Origin: Rebecca billardiae RCC1528
Lineage: Eukaryota > Protista > Haptophyta
Assembly (NCBI GenBank): GCA_965240325.2
Contig: OZ251222.1
Coordinates: forward strand, 496,001-560,000
Direction: 5' to 3'
Length of the DNA: 64,000 bases
Part shown: positions 45,367 through 57,363 of the stretch, piece after piece
Numbering within the stretch: the stretch's first letter is position 1
Layout of the letters: each line of letters starts with the position of its first letter
Translations under genes and position numbers: made by a program
The notes under the pieces: model-generated
The model's database searches: none
What the model saw: the letters and a program-made list of their open reading frames with translations, nothing else
Told to the model about the DNA's origin: nothing

Positions 45367-46068
45367 TCCGCGTCGTGATGGGTGCGCATGGTCCGGCAAA
45401 TACCACCGCCGTGCACTACGGTGCCGTCAACTGCGCCTTGACCGCCAGCTCCGGTCCTGACGCGGGCGGCCCGATGCCGGCGATCCGCGATGCCGCGCCG
45501 GCACCGATTGCACCGAAAGTGACCGATATATGACCGTGACCGGGGCCGCGGGGCGCTCGGGCCGCCATGGTGATGGTGCCATATAGATATCGCAGCCCGG
45601 ACCGGCGCCGTCACCGTCTTAGCACCGAGCCCGAGTAGTGCGGCGACGACGCATGCCGAAACCGGGGGCCCGAACCGCGACTGGCATCCGACTCCGTGCC
45701 CGCGTGGCAGACATCCGTCTCATATCTGAGTCCGAGTCCGCAAGTCTCAGACTCCGAGTCATATCGGTCGTCTGATCGGACTCACTCGGACGGATCCTAT
45801 AATAAGATCGTCGCGGGATTCGGGCTCATACATTTATTCATCGGTTGTCGGGACGACGAATCCGAATCCGAATCATAAGCCGGTCGACGATATTGACATG
45901 TCGTCGGCATGCAGCGCCGTGAGCGCGGGCCGCGCAATGACGCACCGCCTCGTCTGGGGCGAAATAAGGATGCAGGGCCCGAGGGCGGGCGTCAGGCAGC
46001 GACGCCAATCACAATGCGACCGGCGGCGAGCAAGCGACGGCCATAGCTGGCCCGCGAGGACGGGCGCT

Positions 46069-48410
46069 TCACTTCCGCTTCTTGCCCATCTCCGGGTTCT
46101 TGAGCATCCTGATGCTCTCCGGCGTCACCTCGACGAGCTCGTCGTTGGCAATGTACTCGAGGCACGAGTCGAGCGAGAACTCGACCTTGGGGACCACGCC
46201 GTCGTCCTTGTCCTTGCCTGCAGCGCGGCACGCGGCGGCACGCGGGCAGGGCGCGCGGGCGGGAGCGGTGAGCGACGCGCCCGTGGGCCAGCGTACGCGC
46301 GACGGCTCGGCGCAGTGCGAGGTTGGCGGCGCGCGCGCACCTGCACTCCGCATGTTGGTCAGCTGCTTTGTCTTGCAGACGTTCACAGACAGGTCGCCCG
46401 CGCGCTGGTGGATGCCGACGATCATGTCCTGGTGGGCGCGACGGCGATCGGTCCGGTGCGACGGGCGCACGGGCGCGCCGGCACGGTCAGCACGATGCGG
46501 CATCGCGAACATCGCACGCGCCCGCGCACTGCCCCGAGCGCGGCCGCTCGCGACGCGCGGCCGCGGTGGGCGCGGCCGCGCCAGGCGCGGTCGCGGGCGG
46601 CGCGCGCTGCTCGCACCTTGTACACCTCCGTCTTCGGGTCGATGAGCATCTTGCCGCGGTCCTGCGCGCCCATGATGCCGAAAGGCGACGCCGTGCCCGT
46701 CTCGAACGCGAGCAGGCTGCCCTGCTCCTTGTTCTCCATCTCGCCGACGCTCGGCTTGTACGAGTCAAAGACCGTGTCCATCACAACCTCGCCGCGCGTC
46801 GCGGTGAGCATCAGGTTGCGCAGGCCGATCAGCCCGCGCGTCGCGATGACGTACTCGATGGTGGTCATCGAGTTGCCGTCGTTCGAGTCGACCGTGTTCA
46901 GGTTGAGCATCTCGCCCTTCCGCCGGTTGAGCAGGTCGATGCACGCGCCCGAGTACTCGGTCGGCACGCTGATCTCGACCTTCTCAAAAGGCTCGCACTT
47001 GACGCCGTCGATCTCCTTGTAGATCACGGTCGGCGGGCCGATGAAGAGCTCAAAGCCCTCGCGCCGCATGGTCTCGACGAGGACGGAGAGGTGGAGCTGG
47101 CCGCGGCCGGAGACCTCGTACGTGTCCGCGTTGTCCGTCTCCTCCACGCGCAGCGCCACGTTGCGGTCGAGCTCCTTCATCAGCCGGTCGCGGATCACGC
47201 GGCTCGTGAGCGACTTGCCCTCGCGCCCGGCGAACGGCGACTTGTTCACTCCGAACGTCATGCGCACGGTGGGCTCCTCGACCTCGATCGGCTCGAGCGG
47301 CGCGGGGCTCTCGGGGTCGGTGAGCGTGTCGCCGATCGTGATCTCCGGGAACCCCGTCACCACCACGATCTCGCCCGACTCCGCCTCCTCCACCGGCGCG
47401 CGGCCGAGCGCGTCGAAGACGAAGACCTCGTTCACCTTTTGCCGCTTCGACGGCTCGGCGTCGGGCCGCGCGAGCACGGCCTGCTGGCCCGCCTTGAGCT
47501 TGCCCTGGGAGATGCGGCCGATGCCCATCTTGCCCTTGAAGTCGTCGTAGTCGATGTTCGCGATCAGCACCTGCAGCGGCTGCTCCAGCGTCTCCGCCGT
47601 CACCTTGGGCGCGGGCACGTGCTCGATGACGGCGTCGAGCAGCGCGCCCATGCCCGGCTCCTGCGAGTCGAACTCGTGGCCGGAGATGCCCTGCAGCGCG
47701 GAGGTGTACACCACGCGGAAGTCGCACTGCGCGTCGCTCGCGCCGAGGTCGACGAACAGGTCGAACGTCTGGTCGACCACCCACTCCGGGCGCGCCGCGG
47801 GCCGGTCGCACTTGTTGATCACGACAACGACCGCGTGGCCCTGCTCGATCGCCTTCTTCAGCACAAAGCGCGTCTGGGGCTTGGGGCCCTCGACGGAGTC
47901 GACGACGAGGAGCACGCCGTCGACCATGCGCATGATGCGCTCGACCTCGCCGCCAAAGTCCGCGTGGCCCGGCGTGTCCACGCAGTTGATCTTCACGCCC
48001 TTCCAGTCGACGGCCGCGTTCTTTGCGAGGATGGTGATGCCGCGCTCGCGCTCCTGGTCGTTGGAGTCCATCACGCGGCCGACGCCCTGGTCGACGCCGG
48101 CGGCCTCGAAGCCCTTGGCGAGCGCGCGCTCGTCCATCGACTCCTTCAGCACCGCGTCCATCAGCGTCGTCTTGCCGTGGTCGACGTGTGCGATGATGGC
48201 GATGTTGCGCAGCGCCTGGATGCTGCCGTCGCTGCCGGCGACAGCCTCGGCCGGCGACGCGTCGACTGTGGTGGCGACAATGGTGGACGCCGTGGCGCTG
48301 CGGCGCGCCGACGCAACCGCCCCGATGCGGCTCCTCCCCACCCGGCCCACATTGAAGGCCTCCGCCGCCGCGGCGAGCGACAGCAGGACGGCGAGCACGC
48401 GCCTCGACAT
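46069..48410 (-). CDS. typA: TypA/BipA translational GTPase, probably plastid-targeted; introns 46429-46616 and 46218-46340
   Basis: [89 protein letters not shown]. Signal peptide ending AEA-F. Confidence 0.96.
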
Positions 48411-48742
48411 GTGGCCGGAGGGCGTGAAGAAGCTGCGCGGGGCTGGCCGGCGAGGCGAATCTTTTGGTCCGCGTGCCCTCCATCAACGAGCGAAGCTTGA
48501 GAACGTCGCGCGCGCTTGCGGCAGCCGAACCAGCTGGTGCCTGGGCGAGTCTGAGATCGGGTATCTGGAGATCGTCGACCCTGATCAGGGCCACACGGGA
48601 AGTCGCCGATCCGAGAGTCTGAGAGCTCGCTCGGCCCCAGCATGGCCTGTCGAGGAGTTTGAGCGGCCGATTCGGCACTGGACCCTTTGCGGAGCTGGTG
48701 GCGGGGGCGGCGGCTCGCGTGCCCGACGGTGCCCGCGGCATC

Positions 48743-50147
48743 ATGGGTGAGCCGGTGATGGTCCACCCCTTCGTGCACACCGTGCGCAGTCGCTTTGGCT
48801 TCACGGTGGAGGAGGAGTCGCGCCTGCGATACCTCGTGGTCGGCTCCGCGACCCTTTCGCTGTTCGGCGCGTCGGTCATCATCTACTCGGCGGTGCGCTT
48901 CAAGGAGCTGTCGCGCCGCTTCTTCGCGATCAGGCTGATCTTCTTCCTCTCCGTGACCGACCTGCTCGCCTCCGTCTTCAACGTGCTCGGCGCGTTTGTC
49001 GATGTGCACACCGTGCTGATCACCGAGACGTCCCGGCTGTGCTACGCGCAGGCTCTGGGCGTGCTCTACTTCAACCTGGCATCCATCATGTGGACGTCGT
49101 GCTTCGCGTTCACCCTCTACCGCGACGTCGTCCCGTCGTACAGACGCTTCGCCCTGCGCGCGTACGAGGTCTACTTCCACGCGCTCTGCTGGCCGCTGCC
49201 CGGCGTGCTCTCCATCGCGTGCTGGCGGCTCAAGCTGCTCGGGGACGCCGGTGCGCGCGCGGCGCGGCGAGGGCGGGCGGCGTGCACGGGGCGTGCTCTC
49301 GACCAGGGGCCGGGTGGGGTGCGCGTGCGGGGGCGGAGGCTACACAGCCGGCCGCGGCGCGGCAGCAGGCGGCACGGTTGCTGCGCCTTCGCCCCCCCTC
49401 CCCCGCCCGGCGCGGTCAGCAGCACCGGCGCATGGGCGCACGCCCGCCCGCGCGCTCACCCCACGCGCTCCGCGCCGCCATCTCCGGCCGCGCCGACGCG
49501 CCCCGCGCCGCGCGCGCGCAGGCTCGTGGTGCGCGATCCGCTCCTCGCACGCGCGCGAGTACTTACTCGCCTTCTACTTGCCGCTCGTGCTGGCGTTCAC
49601 GTTCAACCTGGGCACGTACCTGCTGGTGTGGTGGGGGTCGCGCGAGCGGCGCGTGACGCGCACCACCTCGTTGTACCTGCTGGCCTTCGTCTTCGTCTGG
49701 CTGCCCTCGCTCACCAAGGCCATCAAGGTGTACTTCTTTGACATGCACGCTGGCTTTGTGCTCGCGGCGGCCGAGGCGATCTGCATGCCGCTGCAGGGCG
49801 CGCTGAACGCCGCCGTGTACGGCTGGTCGCTGCCGTCGATCCGCGACTTCTACAAGTCGCTCTTCCTCGGGTACGAGAGTCTGGACCGGCGGAGAGGCTC
49901 GCGCACGTCGTCCCGCTCGCCGAGCTCACCGTACGAGCGGCAGTCGCCGCCTGACTCACTCGTCCGGCCGAGCGCCCTCGAGGCGGAGGCGGGGCCTGAG
50001 GCGGGCGACGCGGAGGCGGTGGACCCGATCGTGCACGGCGCGATCGAGCCAGGGGGCGGGGGGGCTGAGGGCAGCGGCATCGCGGTGGGGGGCTCGGCGG
50101 ATCCCAAGGCAGAGCCCTTGATGGGCGGCGGCGCGTGGAGGGGCTGA
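48743..50147 (+). CDS. GCR1/cAMP-receptor-like G-protein-coupled receptor; intron 49251-49521
   Basis: Seven hydrophobic segments; [42 protein letters not shown]|[15 protein letters not shown]. Confidence 0.88.
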
Positions 50148-50526
50148 TCAAGCTACGTGCGATGAGTCGTGGATCGGAGCTGAGCGCCAGCTGCTCAGAG
50201 TGAGCGACAGCTGGCGGGCGGCTGGCGCAGGCACCGCCGTTCTGGTTCAGCGTTGGCTTTTAATACATCTCCAGGGTAGCCTCTGGACCTGTGGACCACG
50301 GCCTGCCGCATCGCCATCGGCCGCATGGATGCGGACTCACTAGCTTAGTGTCTAGTCACTCACACAATGCGGCGGAACCGTGTCCGCTACTGTACCGGAC
50401 CGATGCCATCATCTGCATACCGGACGTACGAACCCGCAGTCCCACACGCAGTTCCGGTTTTTTTATTGCTCCCAGGCTCCGCGCGCGCCTTCCGCCGCCT
50501 GAACTCCCTGGCCGCGGACCGCGGCG

Positions 50527-52839
50527 ATGCGCGCATCGTCGCCACGCGGCTTGCTCGCGTGCCTAACATTTCTGGCGGCGACGACAAGCGTCGACTCGTC
50601 CGCCAGCGCAGCGTTGCGCTACCGTCCGCCCGTCGTGCGCCAGGCCGCCCCCCTCTCGCGCCTGCGCGGCGGCGCCGACGGGTCAAGCGCTCGTGCGCCT
50701 GGCGCCAAGGAGGGTGGCGCTGATGGCGAGGACGAGATCGTGATCCCGCCGCACGTCAGGCGAGTGCTCCTCCGGGTGGCAGCCGGCGTCTCGCTGCTGA
50801 TCGCGCTCGGCGTCGTGCACCTCGCCAAGCTGCTGACCACGGGCATCAACACTGCGCTCGCGCGCGCGTGGGCGCGTGCGGGGAACCCGCTCGAGTTGAC
50901 GCCGGAGGTGACGCACGTGCAGGTGCTGGCGCTTCTCGCCATGCTCATCTTTGCGACGGGCGTAATCCGTCGCCTTGTCACCCTCGACGCGTCGCCGAGC
51001 CCCTTCGCCGCTCCGGGCGCGCCGCGCGGCGCTGGCGCCGCCTCGGCCGCGGCCGCGGCCGGGAAGCCAAAGTTCCCGTTCTTCGATCAGATCGCGGAGA
51101 AGATCGGCGACATCGACGTGGACAAGTCGATGCGCGCGCGGCTGCGCGCACAGATCCGGTGGTACGAGCCGAACGCGACCGGCGTCACCTTTGACGACGT
51201 GGGCGGCTGCGACGAGGCGGTCGCCGAGGTGCGGCAGCTGGTGGACTTTCTGAAGGCGCCCGAGCGGTACTACAGGCTCGGGGCGCGCATGCCGCGCGGC
51301 GTGCTGCTCGAGGGTCCGCCGGGGACGGGCAAGACGCTGCTCGCGAAGGCGGTCGCGTCGGAGGCGGGCGTCGCCTTCGCCGCCGTCCCCGCGCCCGCCA
51401 TCGGCGCGCAGCGCTTCGCGGGCGTCTCGTCAATGTTCGTGACCGAGCTGTTTCGGAACGCGAGCGCGCGCGCGCCCTGCGTGCTCTACATTGACGAGCT
51501 GGACTCGCTTGGTGCGGCGCGCGCGGCGGGCGCGGGGGACGTGAGCCGGGACAAGGCGGACGGGCTGAACACGCTGCTCACCGCGATGGACGGCTTCGAC
51601 ACCGCCGTGATGCCCAAGCAGCCCGCGCACGGCGGCGCGCGCGGTGACGAGAATGGCACGGCGGCGGGCGCGGGCGCGGCGGGCGCGGGCGCGGCGGGCG
51701 CGGCGCCGCCCATGCCTCCCGCCATCGTCGTGCTGGCGTCGACGAACCGGGCGGACGTGCTCGACCCGGCGCTGCTGCGGCCTGGGCGCTTCGACCGCCG
51801 CGTCGCGTTCCGCCTGCCCGACAGCGCCGGCCGCGAGCACGTGCTGCGCGCGTGTGCCCGCCGGCGCGTGCTCAGCGCCGAAGCGCGCGCCACGCTGCCC
51901 ACGCTCGCGCTCAGCACGGGTGGGCTCTCCGGCGCCGAGCTCGACGCCATCGTGAACGAGGCCGCGATCGCGGCGGCCTCGCGCAACGCGTCGGCGGTGG
52001 AGCCGGCGGACCTCCGCGTCGGGCTGGAGCGCGCCACCGTCGGCCTGCCGCTCGCCAAGCCCCTGCCAGACGCGGCGCGCGCCGTGACGGCCGTGCATGA
52101 GGCGGGTCACACGCTCGTGGCGCTGGCCACCGAGCGTTGGCTGGACGAGCGCCGCGCGCGCGCGGAGAGGCGGGGGCCGCGGCGCGGCGGCGACGAGCTG
52201 GGGCTGGGCGCGCTCGACGCGCCGCCCATGCGCGTCGAGCGCGTCACCATCGTGCCGCACGTCGGCGCGGCGAGCGGCGCGAGCGGCGGACACACGGCGT
52301 TCACGCTCTCTGACGCTAAGCTGGATGGCGCGCTGCACACGGTGCAGGACGTGCACGCGCGCCTGGCCGTGTGCATGGGCGGGCGCGCGGCGGAGGCGGC
52401 GGTGCTGGGGCACGGCCGCGTGACCTCCGGTGCCGAGGCCGACCTCGCGCAGGCGTGGCAGCTCGCGAGCGCGTGCGTCGAGCGCCTGGGCATGTCGCGC
52501 CTCGGGCCTGTGCACGTGCCCCCAGATGGGCGCTCGACCGCGCCGTCCGCCGCCGCCGTCAGCCGCGAGGTCGAGCGGCTGGTGCGGGTGGCCGCCGCGA
52601 GCGCGCGCGAGCTCGTCGACGCGAATCGCGCGCTGCTCGACGCGCTCACGCGCGCGCTGCTGGAGCGTGACAGCCTCACGCGCGCGGAGCTCGACGAGCT
52701 CATCGCCAGTGCCGCGCCGCGCGGCCTGAGTGGCCTCCGCGCGCTCGACCGGCTCGACAAGGCGGTGGCCGCGGCCGCGGAGACACCCAGGCGCGCCGCG
52801 GAGCCGACGCTGGGCGGTAGCTCGGCGGCGGCTCCGTAG
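50527..52839 (+). CDS. ftsH: FtsH-family ATP-dependent zinc metalloprotease
   Basis: VTFDDVGG, Walker A GPPGTGKT, Walker B YIDELD, SRH TNRADVLDPALLRPGRFDR, HEAGH, MGGRAAE, TSGA..DL; two N-terminal TM helices. Confidence 0.95.
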   Translation: MRASSPRGLLACLTFLAATTSVDSSASAALRYRPPVVRQAAPLSRLRGGADGSSARAPGAKEGGADGEDEIVIPPHVRRVLLRVAAGVSLLIALGVVHLAKLLTTGINTALARAWARAGNPLELTPEVTHVQVLALLAMLIFATGVIRRLVTLDASPSPFAAPGAPRGAGAASAAAAAGKPKFPFFDQIAEKIGDIDVDKSMRARLRAQIRWYEPNATGVTFDDVGGCDEAVAEVRQLVDFLKAPERYYRLGARMPRGVLLEGPPGTGKTLLAKAVASEAGVAFAAVPAPAIGAQRFAGVSSMFVTELFRNASARAPCVLYIDELDSLGAARAAGAGDVSRDKADGLNTLLTAMDGFDTAVMPKQPAHGGARGDENGTAAGAGAAGAGAAGAAPPMPPAIVVLASTNRADVLDPALLRPGRFDRRVAFRLPDSAGREHVLRACARRRVLSAEARATLPTLALSTGGLSGAELDAIVNEAAIAAASRNASAVEPADLRVGLERATVGLPLAKPLPDAARAVTAVHEAGHTLVALATERWLDERRARAERRGPRRGGDELGLGALDAPPMRVERVTIVPHVGAASGASGGHTAFTLSDAKLDGALHTVQDVHARLAVCMGGRAAEAAVLGHGRVTSGAEADLAQAWQLASACVERLGMSRLGPVHVPPDGRSTAPSAAAVSREVERLVRVAAASARELVDANRALLDALTRALLERDSLTRAELDELIASAAPRGLSGLRALDRLDKAVAAAAETPRRAAEPTLGGSSAAAP

Positions 52840-53677
52840 GCAGGCTTCTCTGCAGCCGGCTTCGAGCTGCACAGCGTCGGAGCCGGGCAGAGCCTCCGTG
52901 GCTGCCGCGTCGACAGGGGCCACACGGCCGAGTCACATCAAGTCCCTGACGCGCATCGGCCCGGCCGGGGCCAGTCAGACTCAGACAGACACGGGTCGGC
53001 GTGCATCAGACTGGAGGCGCCAGCGGCCAGACGCCGACGGCCCGACCGGGCCGACGAGAGCCGGAGTCGGAGGGACCGCCGTCAGTCGGTGCCACCCGAG
53101 CATGCATCGTCGGACGACATCCGACCGGGCCTCCGGCTCTCGGGCCGCGGGCCTCGGCCGTTCAGCCGGCGCCTTACCAGATACCGTAGTCATACCGTGC
53201 GTCCGCGTGCCTCTGTCGGGCTCTGTTACAAACCTGCCGAGGCCCGGCCACCGGGCCTCAACCGGCCCGTCACGACTGCCGTGCTACTTATTTATATTAT
53301 TATTATAATTTAAAAAAGTCGACGCTAGCGGCTAGGCTTCGTCGTCGGCGGATGGTCCGAGCGCAGGCTGTCTGGCGCGTACTATCATGGCGTACGGTCT
53401 ACGCGGATCAACAGTGCCGCGCCGATTTCGTCATCGTCGATCGAACCCTCATATCCGTATTATAAATAATCACACATCATTGACGAAACTCGAAAGTGCC
53501 ACGCGCGGATATGCCTATTGTCCTATGACACGGACCCTGTCTGTCATCGGACTCGGTTGGAGACTGATGATGATGCTGTGTTGGCGGGCGTCGATCTCGC
53601 CTGCCTGAGCTGTGTGCGTCTCTTATTCTTAGTAAACTGTACTTTGCATGTCACTGGTCAGCGCAGTAGTTAGTTGA

Positions 53678-54208
53678 TCAAGGAGCGGACCGCATAGTCC
53701 TCCATGTGTAAACTCCGAGCGCAACTCCGACGGCGACGCACAGAGCGTCGATAGCCAGGATCGGTACGCCTGCGAACGTGTCCGATAGCGACACGCCACG
53801 GATACCCGTCGCCACCTTGGCAACTGTCAAGAGCGCATCTGTCGCTCCCTTGCCAGTGAGCACAAGCGAGATACCCAAGAGCGGGAACTTGAGCGGATAC
53901 TCAGACTCCTGCTCGAGCTTGCGCTTCATGGACTCCTGGCTTGACATGGGCGGGTTGCTGACCTCGCGCGAATCCTCTTGTTGCTCATCATCCGGGATGG
54001 ATGCGGCGGCGAGGCCGCGGATGCACGTCGCAGGACGCCGGAGCTGGGCATGTGGGCGTGCAGGCGTCGTCGTGACGGACGCGCGAGCAGACACCGCATG
54101 CACCAAGCACGTGAGGGCAACAACCCGGTTGAGTGCATGCAGCCGTTGAGAGCCGTTGAGAGCCTTGCGCTTCGCCCAAGGGCCTCGGCCCCATCCCGCC
54201 AGATGCAT
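53678..54208 (-). CDS. Small two-TM protein, possibly plastid-targeted, weakly DUF3493/LPA1-like
   Basis: Hydrophobic N-terminal segment, Arg/Ala/Thr-rich linker, then KLEQESEYPL..LAIDALCVAVG with two TM helices. Family similarity judged by eye only. Confidence 0.5.
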   Translation of the reverse strand: MHLAGWGRGPWAKRKALNGSQRLHALNRVVALTCLVHAVSARASVTTTPARPHAQLRRPATCIRGLAAASIPDDEQQEDSREVSNPPMSSQESMKRKLEQESEYPLKFPLLGISLVLTGKGATDALLTVAKVATGIRGVSLSDTFAGVPILAIDALCVAVGVALGVYTWRTMRSAP

Positions 54209-54399
54209 GGTTCACGTGCTCTCACGTGCGTCTGGCCAAAGCTGATGAGGCTGCTCAGCACGAGCGCAAAGACCTGGCCGTGCGAGCCCCGGCCCGTCGT
54301 CAGCTCAACTTCTTAGTTCTTACCGTTCTTCATCGCCAGACGATGGCCGCGCCGGCGGGCCGCCTTTGATTCTACGCGGTACTTGTCGGCGATGGATCG

Positions 54400-55959
54400 A
54401 TGGCGGATCACCGGCCACGACTCGTGGCGATAGCGGTTGCGCTGCTCCGCGCATTATTGTGGCCGCTCTGGCTCGTCGAAGGACGCTTCTGCCCGAACGA
54501 CCCACGCGCTCCCGCCGACGCGCCCGAACTCCTCCTTGAGCACCACCGCACCCTAGTGGACAAGTGCAACTTCCGAGCGGAGAACAGGACGTTCGACCTG
54601 CGCATGACGAGCGCGTGGGATGGCCCGGAGCTGCACGCGTTCGAAAGTGTGGTGTGGCCCAGGCCTCGCAGCTGTCCGCCACAGCCGCGCGACTCGGCGG
54701 GACGTACATGCAGCCTGGGCGGCCCCCACTACCTGCGCGCTCTCAACGAGCACACCAATGAGTCTGTCCTCATCCACGTGGTCTGGAAGGCTGGGAGCGG
54801 CGCGCTCACCCGATTTTGGCGCTGCGTGTTCGGCCCGTCGCGCGCGCCGCACGACCTGCCGCTGCACCATCACTGGCTCACCGCCGGCCAAGCGCGCGAG
54901 CCGGTGAGCCGCTTCCTCTCCGCTTACGCCGAGGTGATCAAGGACATGACGGGGGTGGTGCTGCTCGAGCAGCCGCCGGCCGGAGGCAGGGGGAGTCGAG
55001 CCGGCGAAGGTGCGGCGGCGGGGGACGGCGGCGCCGACGCCGAGGCCCAGCCCGCGCAGCGCGTCGTCCGCCTGCCCAACTGGCGCACGCTCGTCAAGAT
55101 CAAGCTTGGCCAGGCCGATTCGGGCGGCGCGCCGCTCGACGACGGGCAGCTGCGCAGGCTGCTGGCCAAGAGCGATGCAGGCTGGTTGCTCGCCGGGTAC
55201 GCGGGCACGCTGGGCCTGCAGCCGCCGCGCAACGGCGCACGCGACAAGGCACGGCGCCGGCCGGACACCGAGCCGGTGCGCCTCGAGCACGGCGTCTTGG
55301 ACGAGCGCGCGCGCTTCCGTGCCTTTGCGCACGCGACCGAGTGCGTCGCGCGGTACGACACCGCCTCGCGCCACCTGCACACAGCCAGCCTCTTCCACGG
55401 CATTCGGGCGGTGAGCCGCGCCTACGCGCCTGCGCCGCGCCCGAGCACGCAGCCACGGCCTTTGCCGGGGGAGTGCGCGCCGCAGGCGCCGCTCGACAGC
55501 CTGCCCGTGCAGCTCCTGCTGCGCACCGAGTCGCTCGCCGAGGACACGGACGCGCTGCTGCGCCGCATGAACGCGACCGAGCTCGCGCGCGCGAACGGCT
55601 GCGCGTGGCTGCGCGCGAACCCCTCGCTCATGGGCTCAAGCCGGCGGCGGCGCGCCCGGAGGCGAGGGCTATCCGTGAAGCCACCCGCGCGCGCCCAGCC
55701 GATTGTGGTAGGCAAGTTGAAGTCGTTCGTCCGGGAGGCGGCCGCAAGCGCCGAGCCGATTGTCGTAGGCAAGTCGTTCGTCCGGGGGGCGGGCTTCCCT
55801 TCGCGCGCTGCCCTCCAGGCGCAGCTGCAGGAGGAGCCTGAGCTGATGCGCACCGTGTGCCGCATCTACTTCCAGGACTTTGTGTGCGGCGGCTACCCGC
55901 TCCCAAAGGCATGCCGCGGAGGGGCTGTCTGCGCGGCTGCTGCCTCGGTCGGCCTATAA
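54400..55959 (+). CDS. Golgi-type carbohydrate sulfotransferase (Sulfotransfer_2-like)
   Basis: Type II TM at the N-terminus; 5'-PSB-like HVVWKAGSGAL, 3'-PB-like REPVSRFLSAY, LRTESL and C-terminal RIYFQDFVCGGY. Confidence 0.75.
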   Translation: MADHRPRLVAIAVALLRALLWPLWLVEGRFCPNDPRAPADAPELLLEHHRTLVDKCNFRAENRTFDLRMTSAWDGPELHAFESVVWPRPRSCPPQPRDSAGRTCSLGGPHYLRALNEHTNESVLIHVVWKAGSGALTRFWRCVFGPSRAPHDLPLHHHWLTAGQAREPVSRFLSAYAEVIKDMTGVVLLEQPPAGGRGSRAGEGAAAGDGGADAEAQPAQRVVRLPNWRTLVKIKLGQADSGGAPLDDGQLRRLLAKSDAGWLLAGYAGTLGLQPPRNGARDKARRRPDTEPVRLEHGVLDERARFRAFAHATECVARYDTASRHLHTASLFHGIRAVSRAYAPAPRPSTQPRPLPGECAPQAPLDSLPVQLLLRTESLAEDTDALLRRMNATELARANGCAWLRANPSLMGSSRRRRARRRGLSVKPPARAQPIVVGKLKSFVREAAASAEPIVVGKSFVRGAGFPSRAALQAQLQEEPELMRTVCRIYFQDFVCGGYPLPKACRGGAVCAAAASVGL

Positions 55960-57363
55960 CTCGCCACGCACTATGTCTATGACTACTGTACTCTGTAGTG
56001 GCTAGTGCCGACTCGGCCAGTTGACGCCGTGCGCAACGGCTGTGAATGAAGTGAACGCACACATTATTACGAGTCGTGACTCGTGTGAAGTGATGCCATT
56101 CAGACTGAAGTGTCATGACGGTCGGGGTCCCGTGACCGTGTGAACGCTGTGAACGCAGTGTCATCAACGACGCAACCGCAATAACCCGACTGACAACCGT
56201 CATCATCAGTGACCGTCAACCGACATTCGTCGTCACATTCGAGTGTCATTCGGCGAGTGGCGACACGACCGCGTCCGCCGCGGCGCGGTCCCGGGGCCGG
56301 GTCCGGGCTCCGGCGCGGCGGCTGTCAGCTAGTTTTAAACTCATCAAGCCGCCGCCGCAGCTGACTAGCCGCAGCAGACTAGTCTACTTTACTGAATTCA
56401 GTACGACTCATCGGTACTGAGTAGTGAGTGATCTTTCATCTTTGCGGCGCATCATATATAAATACATTCATCGATCATCATCAATCATATCAGTATCATA
56501 TCGGCATATATATATATCTCCGGAAGGCGCTCGCCGCCTCGCGGCTCGGCCGCGGCGGCATCTGCCGTCGCCGCCGCGTGCCCCAGGCCGCAGAGGCGGT
56601 GCTCCATCCCCGGGCCCCGCTCCCGTACGGGGGGCCTGGCAGGCCGCAGGGGGCTGCGGGTGGCGCACTGTCTAGTGTCTATCCGTAGCCACTGTGAGTC
56701 TCGGACCGCTGTCAGAGCTGAGAGCGGCTGGGGCGGAAGCCCCGCGGACTCAGGCGCGGACGCATTCTAAGAAAGCGATTCTATGTGTCTGTTGCACTCT
56801 GAGCCTGACGCTTGTCCGATGCTGCCACGTCGTCGTTAAATATATCTGATATCATTCGATCGTCCCTGTTCAGATTAATCGGATTTGACAGGCGGATCCG
56901 AGTGAGTGACCGAGTCCGCGCCGGCCGCCGCCTCCGCGAGCGGCGGCCCGGGCCTCGGTCGGAACGGTCAGTCCGGACCCGCAATCCGAAGCGGCGGACG
57001 AGGCGGGAATCTTGGCGGTCGCCGACTCGCGAGCCCGATCAGGTCTACACTGGGGTCGGTGCCGTGCTAAATCCAGCTCCGGCCCTGCGCCGCCCGGCCG
57101 CCGGCGCCTGCCGTCCGCTAACTCGGCCCGACTGATCGGCAACTCGGCTGAGTGCCGGCACCGAGTAAGTCCCTGCGCTCGACGCTGTACAAACGCAGGC
57201 GCCGTGCGCAGTCCGCTCGGCTGCAGGGTGCTCTCACTAGCCCATGCGGATGTCACCTCGGGATGACGGCGTGCCACCACCCACGGCGCCGACCTCCGCT
57301 CCTTGTGCCATCACTTTCATTCCGCAGGGCCGGGCGTTCGTTGGGAGCCCGCTGGCTGGCCGC

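Noticed and set aside
18391-55959. Glycosylation 'cluster' (GT41, CMAS, sulfotransferase)
   Set aside because: The genes are separated by unrelated housekeeping genes; no evidence of a functional cluster.
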